Shown: in pieces, positions 10,307-20,004 of the stretch
Layout of the letters: each line of letters opens with the position of its first letter
Position numbering within the stretch: the first letter of the stretch is position 1
DNA from: Vulcanimicrobiota bacterium
GTDB lineage: Bacteria > Vulcanimicrobiota > Vulcanimicrobiia > Vulcanimicrobiales > Vulcanimicrobiaceae
DNA: 64,000 nucleotides
Direction of reading: 5' to 3'
NCBI GenBank assembly: GCA_963733295.1
Contig: CAVTCS010000003.1
Span: 2,560,001 to 2,624,000, forward strand
Translations under genes and position numbers: made by a program
Notes under the pieces: model-generated
Seen by the model: the letters and a program-made list of their open reading frames with translations, nothing else
What the model was told of the DNA's origin: nothing
Database searches by the model: none

Positions 10307-10635
10307 TCGACATCGTCCAAGCAGCGGCGCTGGAGAAGAAGGCCGAAGACGTCGTCGTGCTGCCGCTCGAAGGCCGTACCATCGTTGCGGACGCGTTTCT
10401 TCTCGCGACCGGGCGCTCGAAAATCCAGACCCGCTCGATCGCCGACTCGATCGCCGAAGCGGTGAAGGAGACCGGGTTTCGCGTCGCGCGAATCGAAGGT
10501 TACTCCGACGGCGGCTGGATCCTCATCGATTTAGGTTCCGTCGTAGCCCACGTTTTCACGCCGGAATTGCGAACGTTCTACAACCTCGAGCGGCTCTGGG
10601 GCGCGACGGAATCGCGCCGGGCGCAGGGTTCGTGA
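10294..10635 (+). CDS. rsfS: Ribosome silencing factor RsfS (probable CTG start)
   Basis: ALEKKAEDVVVL, WILIDLGSVVAHVF, FYNLERLW; SD AAGGAG 7 nt before CTG at 10294. Confidence 0.92.
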   Translation: MPDLIDIVQAAALEKKAEDVVVLPLEGRTIVADAFLLATGRSKIQTRSIADSIAEAVKETGFRVARIEGYSDGGWILIDLGSVVAHVFTPELRTFYNLERLWGATESRRAQGS

Positions 10636-10763
10636 AGTCCCGGCCACGCCCGCGCCGCCGCCGGCGGACCTTTGAGTTCTTGAAGAAGGCCGGCATCTGG
10701 ATCTTTCTCGTGTGCTTCGTAGCCAGCGTCGTCGGCGTCGCCCTGGTGGCCGTCAGTCGCTAG
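10632..10763 (+). CDS. Small single-pass membrane protein (DUF4044-like)
   Basis: GTGA overlap with the rsfS stop; basic N-terminus RRRRTFEFLKK followed by one TM helix, 43 aa. Confidence 0.55.
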   Translation: MKSRPRPRRRRRTFEFLKKAGIWIFLVCFVASVVGVALVAVSR

Positions 10764-10811
10764 CACGGGAAACAATCGTACCCGATGTGGGTAACAAAGG
10801 ACGTGCGTTTC

Positions 10812-11804
10812 ATGAAGATCTCGTCGAAAATCTCCGCGGCGCTCGCTACGCTCGTTTTGACCTTTGCGGCGCTTGGCTCGCCCGCCGTAGCACGCGATTC
10901 GTTCGTCATGGACGGGGCCGGTATGTTCAGTGCCGCGACCGTTTCGGCGCTGAACGACAAGATCTCGGCCTTCAACCGAGCGACCGGCAAGGAAGTCGTC
11001 GTCGTTACCGTGCCCACGCTCAACGGTACGCCGCTGAACGACGCGACCGAACACACCTTCGCCGAGAAGCAAGTCAACGGGGTCCTCATCTTTATCGCGA
11101 AGTCCGAGAAGAAGTTCAACGTTGTCGGCGATCGCGCGTCGCGCGCGTTCTTCCCGCCGGGTACGTTCCAAACGATCCACGACGCGATGCGCGCGTCGTT
11201 TCAAACCGGTGATTTCGATGGCGGCATCACGACCGGCGTGAACCTCGTTCTCGCACAATACAACAGCCATCAAAGCGGCCTGGGGACGGGTGCCGGCGCG
11301 CAGCAGCGCGTCCCGGCGCCGGCTACGAACGGCCAATCTTTCGGAGGCTTTATGTCGCTCATCTGGCTCGGACTGATCCTGCTCGCAGGTTTCCTGATCA
11401 TCCGCGCGATCTTCCGCGCGCTCTTTGGACGGCGCACGCCGCCGGGCTACGGGCCCGGTCCCGGCCCCGGCTACGGTACCCCGCCGATGATGGGCGGCCC
11501 GGGTTACGGCGGCGGCATGGGCGGCGGCAGTTTCTTTAGCGGTCTGCTCGGCGGACTGGGCGGCGCTTTTCTCGGAAACGAGCTTTTCCGCGGCGGCGGC
11601 CAGTCGCTCGGCGGCGGCACCGGCATGGCCGGAATGGGCGGCGACCAGGGGGCCGGTGTCGACAACGCGGGTTGGCAGTCTGATGCCGGTCAAGCCGACA
11701 TGGGGAATGCCGGCGGCGGCGGCTGGGGTGACTCCGGCGGCGGATTCGACTCCGGTGGAGGCGGCGATTTCGGCGGCGGCGGCGACGGTGGAGGCGGCTG
11801 GTAG
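10812..11804 (+). CDS. TPM-domain membrane protein with Gly-rich tail
   Basis: Signal peptide, VMDGAGMFS, VVVVTVPTL, GDFDGGI, TM helix, tail ending GGGDFGGGGDGGGGW. Confidence 0.85.
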   Translation: MKISSKISAALATLVLTFAALGSPAVARDSFVMDGAGMFSAATVSALNDKISAFNRATGKEVVVVTVPTLNGTPLNDATEHTFAEKQVNGVLIFIAKSEKKFNVVGDRASRAFFPPGTFQTIHDAMRASFQTGDFDGGITTGVNLVLAQYNSHQSGLGTGAGAQQRVPAPATNGQSFGGFMSLIWLGLILLAGFLIIRAIFRALFGRRTPPGYGPGPGPGYGTPPMMGGPGYGGGMGGGSFFSGLLGGLGGAFLGNELFRGGGQSLGGGTGMAGMGGDQGAGVDNAGWQSDAGQADMGNAGGGGWGDSGGGFDSGGGGDFGGGGDGGGGW

Positions 11805-11812
11805 CCGCAGGC

Positions 11813-12490
11813 CTAGCGTCCTCCGACCAGCGCGTACGGCTGTAGCTCCTCGATAAGGCGCGGGCTCGTCCCGGTCACGTCAAGCAGGTCGTCCAGCGAC
11901 GCGAACGGACCGTTCGCGTCCCGGAATTCCACGATTCGCTCGGCCAGCCCAGGGCCGATTCCGGGCAGCGTTTCGAGTGCTGTGGCGTCGGCGCTGTTGA
12001 GGTCGACCGGCTGGTCCGGCGCTTTGCGGGCGCGGTGACGGCCGCCGGCCGCGCCGTGCAGTCGGCGCCCGCGATGCCGGCCGAGGCGACGCTCGCGTCC
12101 GCCGCGGAGCGCCGCGGATCCGCCGGCAGCGATCTCGCCGCGAGCAGGCACCGCAATCTCTTCGCCGTCCTCGAGCGGGCTTGCGAGGTTCACCGCGACG
12201 GCATCCGCGCTTGCGCGTAAGCCACCCGCGGCATAAATCGCGGCTGCGGTTCGCGAGCCGGACGGTAGCTCGTAAACGCCGGGCCGGAGGACCTCGCCGG
12301 CCACGTAAACCACCACCCGCGCGGCGTGCCCCACAGCGCTCCCGGGATGCAGCCGCGCGGCGCGTGGCAAGGCGGTCGACTCGACGAACGCCGGCGCAAC
12401 CGGAGCGCGCGAGGCAGCAGTCGAGCGGAAGAGCGCTGCGAGGGCGGCCAAACCGACGAGCGCGAGCGTGAAGAGCATACGTTTGTCCAC
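11813..12490 (-). CDS. comEA: Competence DNA-binding protein ComEA (SLBB + HhH)
   Basis: VYVAGEVLRPGVYEL, VNLA, VDLNSA..LETLPGIGP..A.RIVEFR..NGPF. Confidence 0.92.
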   Translation of the reverse strand: MDKRMLFTLALVGLAALAALFRSTAASRAPVAPAFVESTALPRAARLHPGSAVGHAARVVVYVAGEVLRPGVYELPSGSRTAAAIYAAGGLRASADAVAVNLASPLEDGEEIAVPARGEIAAGGSAALRGGRERRLGRHRGRRLHGAAGGRHRARKAPDQPVDLNSADATALETLPGIGPGLAERIVEFRDANGPFASLDDLLDVTGTSPRLIEELQPYALVGGR

Positions 12491-12568
12491 GCTCTACGAT
12501 CACGCGCGCCGGCGAGCGCGACAAGCCGCGGCGAGGACCGCGCCCGAGCAAAGGAACAAGAAGAAAGA

Positions 12569-15067
12569 ATGATCGAGGAACGTTCCCCCGAGACCTACGA
12601 TTATCGGACGATCGAACGCCGCTGGCAGGACGAGTGGGAGCGCGCCGGGATTTACCGCGCTCGCGACGGCGCGCCCGGCGAGAAGTACTACGTCCTCGAG
12701 ATGCTGCCGTACCCGTCGGGCGATCTGCACGTCGGTCACGCCAAGAACTACACGCTCGGCGACGCAGTGGCGCGCATGCAGCGCATGCGGGGCTACAACG
12801 TCATGCACCCGATGGGTTTCGACGCCTTCGGCTTACCGGCGGAGAACGCGGCCATCGAGCGCGGGGTGGATCCCGAAGTCTGGACTCGCGAAAACATCGC
12901 GAACATGGAACGCCAACTTCGTTTGATGGGAACGGGTTACGACTGGACGCGCGTTTTCGCGACTTGCGATCCTTCGTACTACCGCTGGAACCAGTGGATC
13001 TTCTTGCGTTTGTACGAAGACGGCCTCGCCTATAAGCGCGAAGCGCCGGTCAACTGGTGCCCGAAGGACTGCACGGTTCTCGCCAACGAGCAAGTCGAAG
13101 ACGGCCGCTGTTGGCGCTGCGGCACGCTGGTCGAGCGCCGCAACCTCTCGCAGTGGTTCCTCAAGATCACGGCGTACGCGGACCGTCTGCTCGCCGCGAT
13201 CGACGAGCTCGACGGTTGGCCCGATAAAATTCGCACGATGCAACGCAATTGGATCGGGCGCAGTGAAGGCGTCACGTTCTCGTTCGAAGTGGAAGGTCTC
13301 ACGGAACGCGTTTCCGTCTACACGACGCGCATCGACACCCTGTTCGGCGTCACGTACCTCGCGCTGGCCCCGGATCACCCGCTGGTCGCGAAGATCGTCG
13401 CGCGCCATCCCGAACGGCGTTCCGCGGTCGAAGCGTTCGCGGCGTCGGTGCGCGACAAATCGGAGTTGGAACGCACCAGTCTTATGGAGAAGTCCGGCGT
13501 TCCGACCGGCGCCTTCGCGCGCAACCCGCTCTCGAACGAGCGCATCCCCATTTGGATAACGAATTACGTTCTGGCCGAATACGGAACCGGTGCCGTCATG
13601 GGCGTCCCGGGGCACGACGAGCGCGATTTCGAATTTGCGCGCAACGCCGGCCTGCCGATCATTCGCGTGATCGAAGACGCGAACACGCCGGCGGGTACGG
13701 CACCCGAACCGCTGCAAGCGGCCTACGTCGAAGACGGTCGCTTGATTGCGAGCGGCGACTACGACGCGATGAACTCCGCCCGCGCGCGCGCCGCGATCGG
13801 CGACCGGCTCGTCGCGCTCGGCCTGGGCGAACTCGCGGTCAACTACCGCATCCGCGATTGGCTGATCTCACGCCAACGCTATTGGGGCACGCCGATTCCG
13901 ATCGTCTACTGCCCCGAGCACGGCGAGGTCGCACTGCCGGATTCGGCGCTGCCCGTTATTCTGCCGCCGAACCTGCCGATCACCGGCGAAGGTTCTCCGC
14001 TGGCGCGCGATGAGGCGTTCGTGCAAACGACCTGCCCCCGCTGCGGGGGCCCGGCGCGGCGCGAGACGGACACGATGGACACGTTCTTCGATTCGTCCTG
14101 GTATTACGTGCGCTACCTCGATCCGCACGACGCGAGCGCGGCGTGGAAGCCGAAGACGGTCAATCCGTGGCTCAACGTCGATCAGTACATCGGCGGCGCC
14201 GACCACGCGGTACTGCACCTGCTCTACTCTCGCTTTTTCTACAAGTACTTTGGGGACAAAGGCTGGGTCGCGGGTCACGACGAGCCCTTCGAGCGGCTCT
14301 TCAATCAAGGCAACGTTCTGCGCTTCGGCGAGAAGATGAGCAAGAGCAAGGGCAATGTCGTTGGGATCGGCGAGACGGTCGAGCGCTACGGCGTCGACGC
14401 GATGCGTCTGTTTCTGCTCAAGGCGACGCCGCCCGAAGACACGATGGAATGGACCGACGACGGAATCGCCGGCCGCGTGCGCTTTCTCGATCGCGTGTGG
14501 CGCGCCGCGGCGCCGATCGCGGAGCGGGCCGGCGGCGCGCCGCTCGACCGGCTCCCGCCGCTCGAGAACGACGCCCAACGCGAGCTGGTGCGCGCCCTTC
14601 ACGCGGCGCTCAAGTCAGGCGCCGAAGAGACCTCGACGCGACGCTTCCACTACAATACGACGCTCGCGCGCCTCGACGAGTTGATCAACGCGCTGACGAA
14701 GTTCGCGCAGACCGCACCGGCCGGCGACCCGGCGCTCCTCTACGTCGTTCATGTTTTGCCGACCGTGCTGGCTCCCTTCGCTCCGCACATCGCCGAGGAG
14801 CTTTGGCACCGCATGGGGCACGAGCGTTCGGTCCACCTCGAGCGCTGGATCCCCTTCGATCCGGCGGCGCTCGCTCTCGCCCAAATCGAAGTGGTCGTGC
14901 AAGTCAACGGGCGCGTGCGCGGCCGCGTGCGCGCGGTACCCGGCATCAGCCAAGAAGAAGCTGTCGCTCTCGCACTCGCGGAAGGCAACGTGCAGGCTCA
15001 CCTCGAGAACAGGCCGATTCTCAAACAGATCTTCGTACCGGATAAACTGCTGAATCTGGTCGTGTAA
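12569..15067 (+). CDS. leuS: Leucine--tRNA ligase
   Basis: MLPYPSGDLHVGH (HIGH), GTGAVMGVP editing domain, DWLISRQRYWG, KMSKS. Confidence 0.98.
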   Translation: MIEERSPETYDYRTIERRWQDEWERAGIYRARDGAPGEKYYVLEMLPYPSGDLHVGHAKNYTLGDAVARMQRMRGYNVMHPMGFDAFGLPAENAAIERGVDPEVWTRENIANMERQLRLMGTGYDWTRVFATCDPSYYRWNQWIFLRLYEDGLAYKREAPVNWCPKDCTVLANEQVEDGRCWRCGTLVERRNLSQWFLKITAYADRLLAAIDELDGWPDKIRTMQRNWIGRSEGVTFSFEVEGLTERVSVYTTRIDTLFGVTYLALAPDHPLVAKIVARHPERRSAVEAFAASVRDKSELERTSLMEKSGVPTGAFARNPLSNERIPIWITNYVLAEYGTGAVMGVPGHDERDFEFARNAGLPIIRVIEDANTPAGTAPEPLQAAYVEDGRLIASGDYDAMNSARARAAIGDRLVALGLGELAVNYRIRDWLISRQRYWGTPIPIVYCPEHGEVALPDSALPVILPPNLPITGEGSPLARDEAFVQTTCPRCGGPARRETDTMDTFFDSSWYYVRYLDPHDASAAWKPKTVNPWLNVDQYIGGADHAVLHLLYSRFFYKYFGDKGWVAGHDEPFERLFNQGNVLRFGEKMSKSKGNVVGIGETVERYGVDAMRLFLLKATPPEDTMEWTDDGIAGRVRFLDRVWRAAAPIAERAGGAPLDRLPPLENDAQRELVRALHAALKSGAEETSTRRFHYNTTLARLDELINALTKFAQTAPAGDPALLYVVHVLPTVLAPFAPHIAEELWHRMGHERSVHLERWIPFDPAALALAQIEVVVQVNGRVRGRVRAVPGISQEEAVALALAEGNVQAHLENRPILKQIFVPDKLLNLVV

Positions 15068-15069
15068 GG

Positions 15070-15840
15070 CTAAGGCGTGGGAGCGGCGAGCGATGCCTGT
15101 AGCTCGCGCAGCGGAACGAGGCTGACGCGAATGAGTCCGCTTTGCGCGTGATCTAAGTCGAGTATGACGGCGACGACCAGCGCCAGCATGAACGCGAAGA
15201 CTATCGTGGCAACGAGGTGCCGCCCAGATCGGCCGAAGCCGTATCCCAACAAAAAAGCTCCGGCCAACACGACGACCGCTAGGATGGCTACGACGACGTT
15301 CGGGATGTTTGCGTTCAAGGTTCCGGCTTCTTCTCCGCTCGTATCGATCGTGGTATTTAGACTCGAAATAAAAAGCAGGGTGACCATCGAGCGTGGGTCG
15401 AGCTGGGATTGCGCGTGCGCGACGGACCACATCCGTTCTTGCAGCCGATCGGAGCGGGCCGAGGCGCGCGCCTGCGCGTCCCTGTCGCGGTCGGCTAACG
15501 CGAAGGCGAGACGCGTTCCGACGTAGTCGAGCAACGTCGCGCGCATCTGTCGAGCTTCCGCTTGCGGAAGAAGCTCGCTGCGCAGCGCGGTCGTGCCGAT
15601 CGCGTTCGCCTCTTTCACGACGAGCAGCCGGCGCTCATCGTAGTGCGACACCGCGAGCGAAAAGGAGAAGCCGAGCAGCAAAGCGACGATGCTGAACGCC
15701 GCGCCCTCCACGATGCTGAAGGCTGCGTCGTCCTCTTTTCCCCGGCGCGTCTGTGCGAAGCGGTAGCCCAGCTCGACGCAGACAACGACCAGGATCAACA
15801 GGCCCAAGCCGATGAGGGGCGTCTCGAATCCTTGGCTCAA
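15070..15840 (-). CDS. Bestrophin-like / DUF4239 membrane protein
   Basis: ALLLGFSFSLAVSHYDERR..VVKEANAIGT, ILDLD; TTG start overlapping the upstream stop. Confidence 0.75.
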   Translation of the reverse strand: MSQGFETPLIGLGLLILVVVCVELGYRFAQTRRGKEDDAAFSIVEGAAFSIVALLLGFSFSLAVSHYDERRLLVVKEANAIGTTALRSELLPQAEARQMRATLLDYVGTRLAFALADRDRDAQARASARSDRLQERMWSVAHAQSQLDPRSMVTLLFISSLNTTIDTSGEEAGTLNANIPNVVVAILAVVVLAGAFLLGYGFGRSGRHLVATIVFAFMLALVVAVILDLDHAQSGLIRVSLVPLRELQASLAAPTP

Positions 15841-16640
15841 TGTGCCGACCAGCCGCCGTCGATCGAGATCGGCGCGCCGGTGATCGAACGCGCCGCATCC
15901 GAACACAAGAACGCGCAGAGTTGGCCGACTTCTTGCGGCTCGATAAAGCGGTTCGTCGGCATCGCCTCCAAGAAGGCGCGCTGGAGAGCTTGCTCCTCGG
16001 AGATTCCACCGCCGTACGATTGCACGAGCGCCGCAGCTTGATTGCGCACGAGGTCGGTCAGCACCGCGCCCGGACAGACCGCGTTCACGGTGATCCCGAG
16101 GGACGCACCCTCGATCGCCGAGGCCCGCGTGAGCCCGACGACGCCGTGCTTGGCTGCGACGTACGCCGCCTTATAGGGTGACGCCACCAAGCCGTGTACG
16201 CTCGCGATGTTGACGATGCGCCCGCGCTTTCGGGCCGCCATATGTCCCCACACCGCTTTGGTCGCAAGAAACACGCCGTCCAGATTGATCGAGGTAACGA
16301 AGTCCCACTGATCGTCGGGAAACTCGCCGAAAGGCGCGACGAATTGGACGCCGGCGTTGTTGATGAGGTGATCGATGCCGCCGAAGTCGGCCGCGACCGC
16401 GTCGCACATGCCTCGCACCAGCTCGGGTTTGCGCACGTCGACCGAATATCCGCGCGCCTTGACGCCGGTCTCCTTCGCGATGCGCCCGGCGGTCATCCCC
16501 GCTTCGTTGCCGTCGAGGTCAAAGAGCGCAAGGGAAGAACCCGCGCGGGCCAATTCGAGGCCCGCGGCCGCGCCGATGCCGCGGCTTCCGCCCGTCACGA
16601 TGCTGACGCGCCCGGAGAGATCGATGAATGAAGCAGCCAT
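15837..16640 (-). CDS. bdhA: 3-hydroxybutyrate dehydrogenase (SDR)
   Basis: TGGSRGIG, NNAGVQFVAP, SVHGLVASPYKAAYVAAKHG. Confidence 0.85.
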   Translation of the reverse strand: MAASFIDLSGRVSIVTGGSRGIGAAAGLELARAGSSLALFDLDGNEAGMTAGRIAKETGVKARGYSVDVRKPELVRGMCDAVAADFGGIDHLINNAGVQFVAPFGEFPDDQWDFVTSINLDGVFLATKAVWGHMAARKRGRIVNIASVHGLVASPYKAAYVAAKHGVVGLTRASAIEGASLGITVNAVCPGAVLTDLVRNQAAALVQSYGGGISEEQALQRAFLEAMPTNRFIEPQEVGQLCAFLCSDAARSITGAPISIDGGWSAH

Positions 16641-17572
16641 TACGATTTGAGGCGTTCGCGAAAATACGCGACGGTCTTTTCCAGGCCCGCGAGCAACGGG
16701 GTAGCGGACTTCCAGCCCAGCTCGCGCGCCGCCAGCGCGGAATCGAACTGCGCGTCGCGCACGTCGCCGGCACGCTTTGGAAGCCGCTCCACCGGGGCTT
16801 CGAAGCCGGTCACCTCGACCAGCGCGCGATAGATTTGGTTGACGCTCGTCTTGATTCCGGTACCGATGACGAAGGCGGTGTCGCTGCCTTTCTGGAGCGC
16901 CAGCAGGTTCGCCGCCGCGACGTCTTCCGCGTAGACGTAGTCGCGCGTCTGTTCGCCGTCCCAGAAGACCTTCACGCCTTCTCGCGCGAGGAAGCGCGCG
17001 ATGAAGATCGCGATGACGCCGGCCTCGCCGTTGGGATCTTGACGTGGACCGTAGACGTTCCCGTAACGCAGAATCGTAGAATCGATGCCGTGCTGCAGCT
17101 TGTAGAAGCGCAGGTAGTGCTCGCCGGTCAGCTTGGTGATCGCGTAGGGTGATTCGGGCAGTTGCGGCGTCGCTTCCGTGATCGGGAGCCGCTTGGGTTC
17201 ACCGAACGTGGCGCCGCTCGATGCATAGACGACTTTTCGCACGCCGCTCTTCTGCGCACTTTCCAGAACGTTCAAGAGTCCGTTGACGTTGACGTCGGCG
17301 TCGTAGTGCGGATCGCGCGCGCTCATCGCGACGCTGTGCTGAGCAGCGTGGTGGCTGACCACCTCGGGCTGGAAATCGCGGAAGGCCGCCGCCAAGGCGG
17401 CGTCGCGGATGTCGAGCTGGAGAAAAGCCGCCGCGCCGGGCACGTTTTCGCGCCGCCCTCCGCCGTGCTCCCACAAGCTGTCGACGACGAGCACGTCGTG
17501 TCCCGCGGCGAGATACGCATCCACGACGTGTGAGCCGATAAACCCGGCGCCGCCGGTAACGAGTATGCGCAT
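16640..17572 (-). CDS. NAD-dependent epimerase/dehydratase (GalE-like)
   Basis: MRILVTGGAGFIGSH, YAITK, LRYGNVYGPRQ, QTRDYVY. Confidence 0.9.
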   Translation of the reverse strand: MRILVTGGAGFIGSHVVDAYLAAGHDVLVVDSLWEHGGGRRENVPGAAAFLQLDIRDAALAAAFRDFQPEVVSHHAAQHSVAMSARDPHYDADVNVNGLLNVLESAQKSGVRKVVYASSGATFGEPKRLPITEATPQLPESPYAITKLTGEHYLRFYKLQHGIDSTILRYGNVYGPRQDPNGEAGVIAIFIARFLAREGVKVFWDGEQTRDYVYAEDVAAANLLALQKGSDTAFVIGTGIKTSVNQIYRALVEVTGFEAPVERLPKRAGDVRDAQFDSALAARELGWKSATPLLAGLEKTVAYFRERLKS

Positions 17573-17668
17573 CGCGGCTCGTCGTTCTGGCGCTCGCCGA
17601 AAAGGCCCTCGCTCCTCGTTAGGAGCGCGGGAGAACGGTCCTTGCGTCACTCAAACTGGGCCGAAACC

Positions 17669-19000
17669 CTATTCGGAAAGATCCCCGAGCCAGCGCAACG
17701 CGCCCAGACTTGGAAGAAAGCAGTACTCGCCGCCTCGCGTAATGACAAACCGCGACAAGCCCTTCAGCTGGCGCCGGAGCGGCCGGCGAGGTATGCCATA
17801 GGCTCCCTCTCCGTCGCCGGCGCCGGAAATCGGATCGCGCTCCTTACCGTCGCCGAAAAACGCGCCGTCGTTCATCCACTCCGATTGAACGAATTCAAAC
17901 TGTCGTCCGATGTTCGCGCCAACGAAAGCGAACATCAGACCTCGATCGGCGCCGTCGTCCTCGAGAATGCCCTCGGGAAGCGCCGGACCGTAGCCGCTTC
18001 CACGCCGAATCATGCGATGGATCCGCAAAACCCCCGCAATATCCGAATCGCGCGGATTCATGCGGCGAATGTGCGAGCCGAGCGGTGTCTTATAACCGAT
18101 CGCGTCGTCGGCTTTGAAAAGAAAGTTATTGTTGCGCGCAGGATCGACGCCAATCGCCGGATCGTCGGCATCGGGCGATAGGGCCAAAGGCGTGCCGCTG
18201 CGCCAACGCCCCATCATCTTCGCCGCGATCAATTCTTCGTCGGCGGCATCGCTGGCGTTGGCTCGAAGATACTGGCGGAACGCCGCCACCCGCTGATGGA
18301 GTTTGCGAAAGACGACGTAGCTGCCGTTTCGGCCGAGCCGATCCGGCTGCGGGATCATCGGCGTATCGCCCATTTCGTCCGGGTAGCCAAGTACGAACTC
18401 ACCGGCCTTGAGCGGTACTTCATGGGGATTTGTTCCCGGAATGCCGCTGCCCTCAATGGCCGGATGGCTGATGCCGTCTTTGAATCCGAACGGTTCTTTC
18501 TCGTCCTTGAGCACGTGGCAATCTTGGCGCCAAATCGCTTCTACGCTGGGCAAGCCCTGTAGTACGCCTTTGGCACGTTCAACGGCCGTCTGCAGTTGCG
18601 CGTCGCTGTTGGATACGGCCGTGATCACGACGTGAACGTCGGGGGTTCCCAACGGCGGCTCCCAATGTTCAGGGCTGCTCTCGCCTACGTCGCCCAAGGC
18701 GCTCGCGCGCGCCGCCATGCCTTGCACGAACGGTCTGGGAAATGTCTCGAGCGATGCGGACGGAACGCCGAGCGTGCGAAGGCCCGCAAACGTGAGCCCC
18801 GCACTCACCCATGTGTCGCGCGTCGGGCTGTCTGGATGAGCCGCCGATGGCAGGGTGCTACTGAGGCGGCGCATCAGTTCGCGTCCTGCGGCGCGGTCGT
18901 CGATGCGTAAGACGATGTACGTCGCGGCAAACGGAGTGGGGCGCGGCCGAAGCACGCCGCTTTGAATGTCGGCTAAGTCCAACACCGGCGCGGCGCTCAT
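17669..19000 (-). CDS. Dye-decolorizing (DyP-type) heme peroxidase
   Basis: FGFKDGIS (GxxDG), GSYVVFRKL.Q, proximal His SHIRRMNPR, distal Arg MIRRG, QFEFVQSEW. Confidence 0.92.
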   Translation of the reverse strand: MSAAPVLDLADIQSGVLRPRPTPFAATYIVLRIDDRAAGRELMRRLSSTLPSAAHPDSPTRDTWVSAGLTFAGLRTLGVPSASLETFPRPFVQGMAARASALGDVGESSPEHWEPPLGTPDVHVVITAVSNSDAQLQTAVERAKGVLQGLPSVEAIWRQDCHVLKDEKEPFGFKDGISHPAIEGSGIPGTNPHEVPLKAGEFVLGYPDEMGDTPMIPQPDRLGRNGSYVVFRKLHQRVAAFRQYLRANASDAADEELIAAKMMGRWRSGTPLALSPDADDPAIGVDPARNNNFLFKADDAIGYKTPLGSHIRRMNPRDSDIAGVLRIHRMIRRGSGYGPALPEGILEDDGADRGLMFAFVGANIGRQFEFVQSEWMNDGAFFGDGKERDPISGAGDGEGAYGIPRRPLRRQLKGLSRFVITRGGEYCFLPSLGALRWLGDLSE

Positions 19001-20004
19001 TTGGTCGCGAGATTGGCCCAGAAGCGCTCTAGGCTTTCGTCTCCGCCAAACAGGGTCGTGAAAATGGTCGAATCGGCGAGCAGAATATCACCGGCGCGAT
19101 CGCCGTTCGGCGGCATCCACAGGAACATGTTGAACTCGCGGTTCCCCGCCTCGGTAAACGGATGCGGCTTCGACATGTCGATCGGCTGCCGCGCCAGCAC
19201 GTGGATCGCCTTCGAATCGTCCGTCGTCACGGCATAGTGCGGCAGATGCATGTGAAAGACAAACGTGCTCACACCGTCGAGCCAGCCGCGGCGATCCAAA
19301 TCGCCGGCGATCGAAAGCGGAACGGTTTTCGTCGTGTCGGGATGCGTCGCGGGCCGCAATCCCCAACGGTTTTGGACCGGCACGCCGAGCCCGCTCATCA
19401 GCGAACGCGTATACGTGCCGAAGCGCTGCTGACGCGGAACCAGCGGATCGCCATGGTGCGCGTACTCCATGTCGCGCTCTTTGAAGTCATTGGATGAGCC
19501 CACGTCGTGGTGCGGCCCGAGGATGAGGCACGTCCCCTCACGAGCGAGAAAGGCCCGAAGAGCCTCAAGCTCTTCGGGTGCGGCTTCCTCTTCCATGGCC
19601 ATGTGATCGAGCCCGAAAACCATCAGCGTATCGGTGTCGGCGAGAATCCGTTCGTCGATCGGCTGTTTCTGGCCGGCCTGATCGACGCGCTGGTAGACGG
19701 CCACGGGCCGATCGGTTGCTTCGCCCACGGCGCGCTGAAAGCTCAGCAGCGAAAGATGAAACAGTTCCAGCGTCCCCTCGATGCCCTGAAGGAACAGTTT
19801 TTCCGAGTATGCTTCCGTTTCGTAGGCGGGCCACGCCACGCGACGCACTTCGGTCATCGTCGAAAAGCGATTGTCGAGCACTCTGACATCGCGATTCGAT
19901 TCCCAGGGATAGCTCCAGGTCCAATAGACGCTGAAGCGGCGATTTCCCTTCGAGTATTTTCGCGGTATGTGAAGCTGGTTATAGGTACGAGCGGTGGCAC
20001 TCAT
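18997..20004 (-). CDS. Protein of unknown function, DyP-operon associated (335 aa)
   Basis: Globular protein-like ORF, ATGA-coupled on both sides; His-rich motifs GPHHDVG, HHGD, HMHLPH. Confidence 0.8.
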   Translation of the reverse strand: MSATARTYNQLHIPRKYSKGNRRFSVYWTWSYPWESNRDVRVLDNRFSTMTEVRRVAWPAYETEAYSEKLFLQGIEGTLELFHLSLLSFQRAVGEATDRPVAVYQRVDQAGQKQPIDERILADTDTLMVFGLDHMAMEEEAAPEELEALRAFLAREGTCLILGPHHDVGSSNDFKERDMEYAHHGDPLVPRQQRFGTYTRSLMSGLGVPVQNRWGLRPATHPDTTKTVPLSIAGDLDRRGWLDGVSTFVFHMHLPHYAVTTDDSKAIHVLARQPIDMSKPHPFTEAGNREFNMFLWMPPNGDRAGDILLADSTIFTTLFGGDESLERFWANLATK

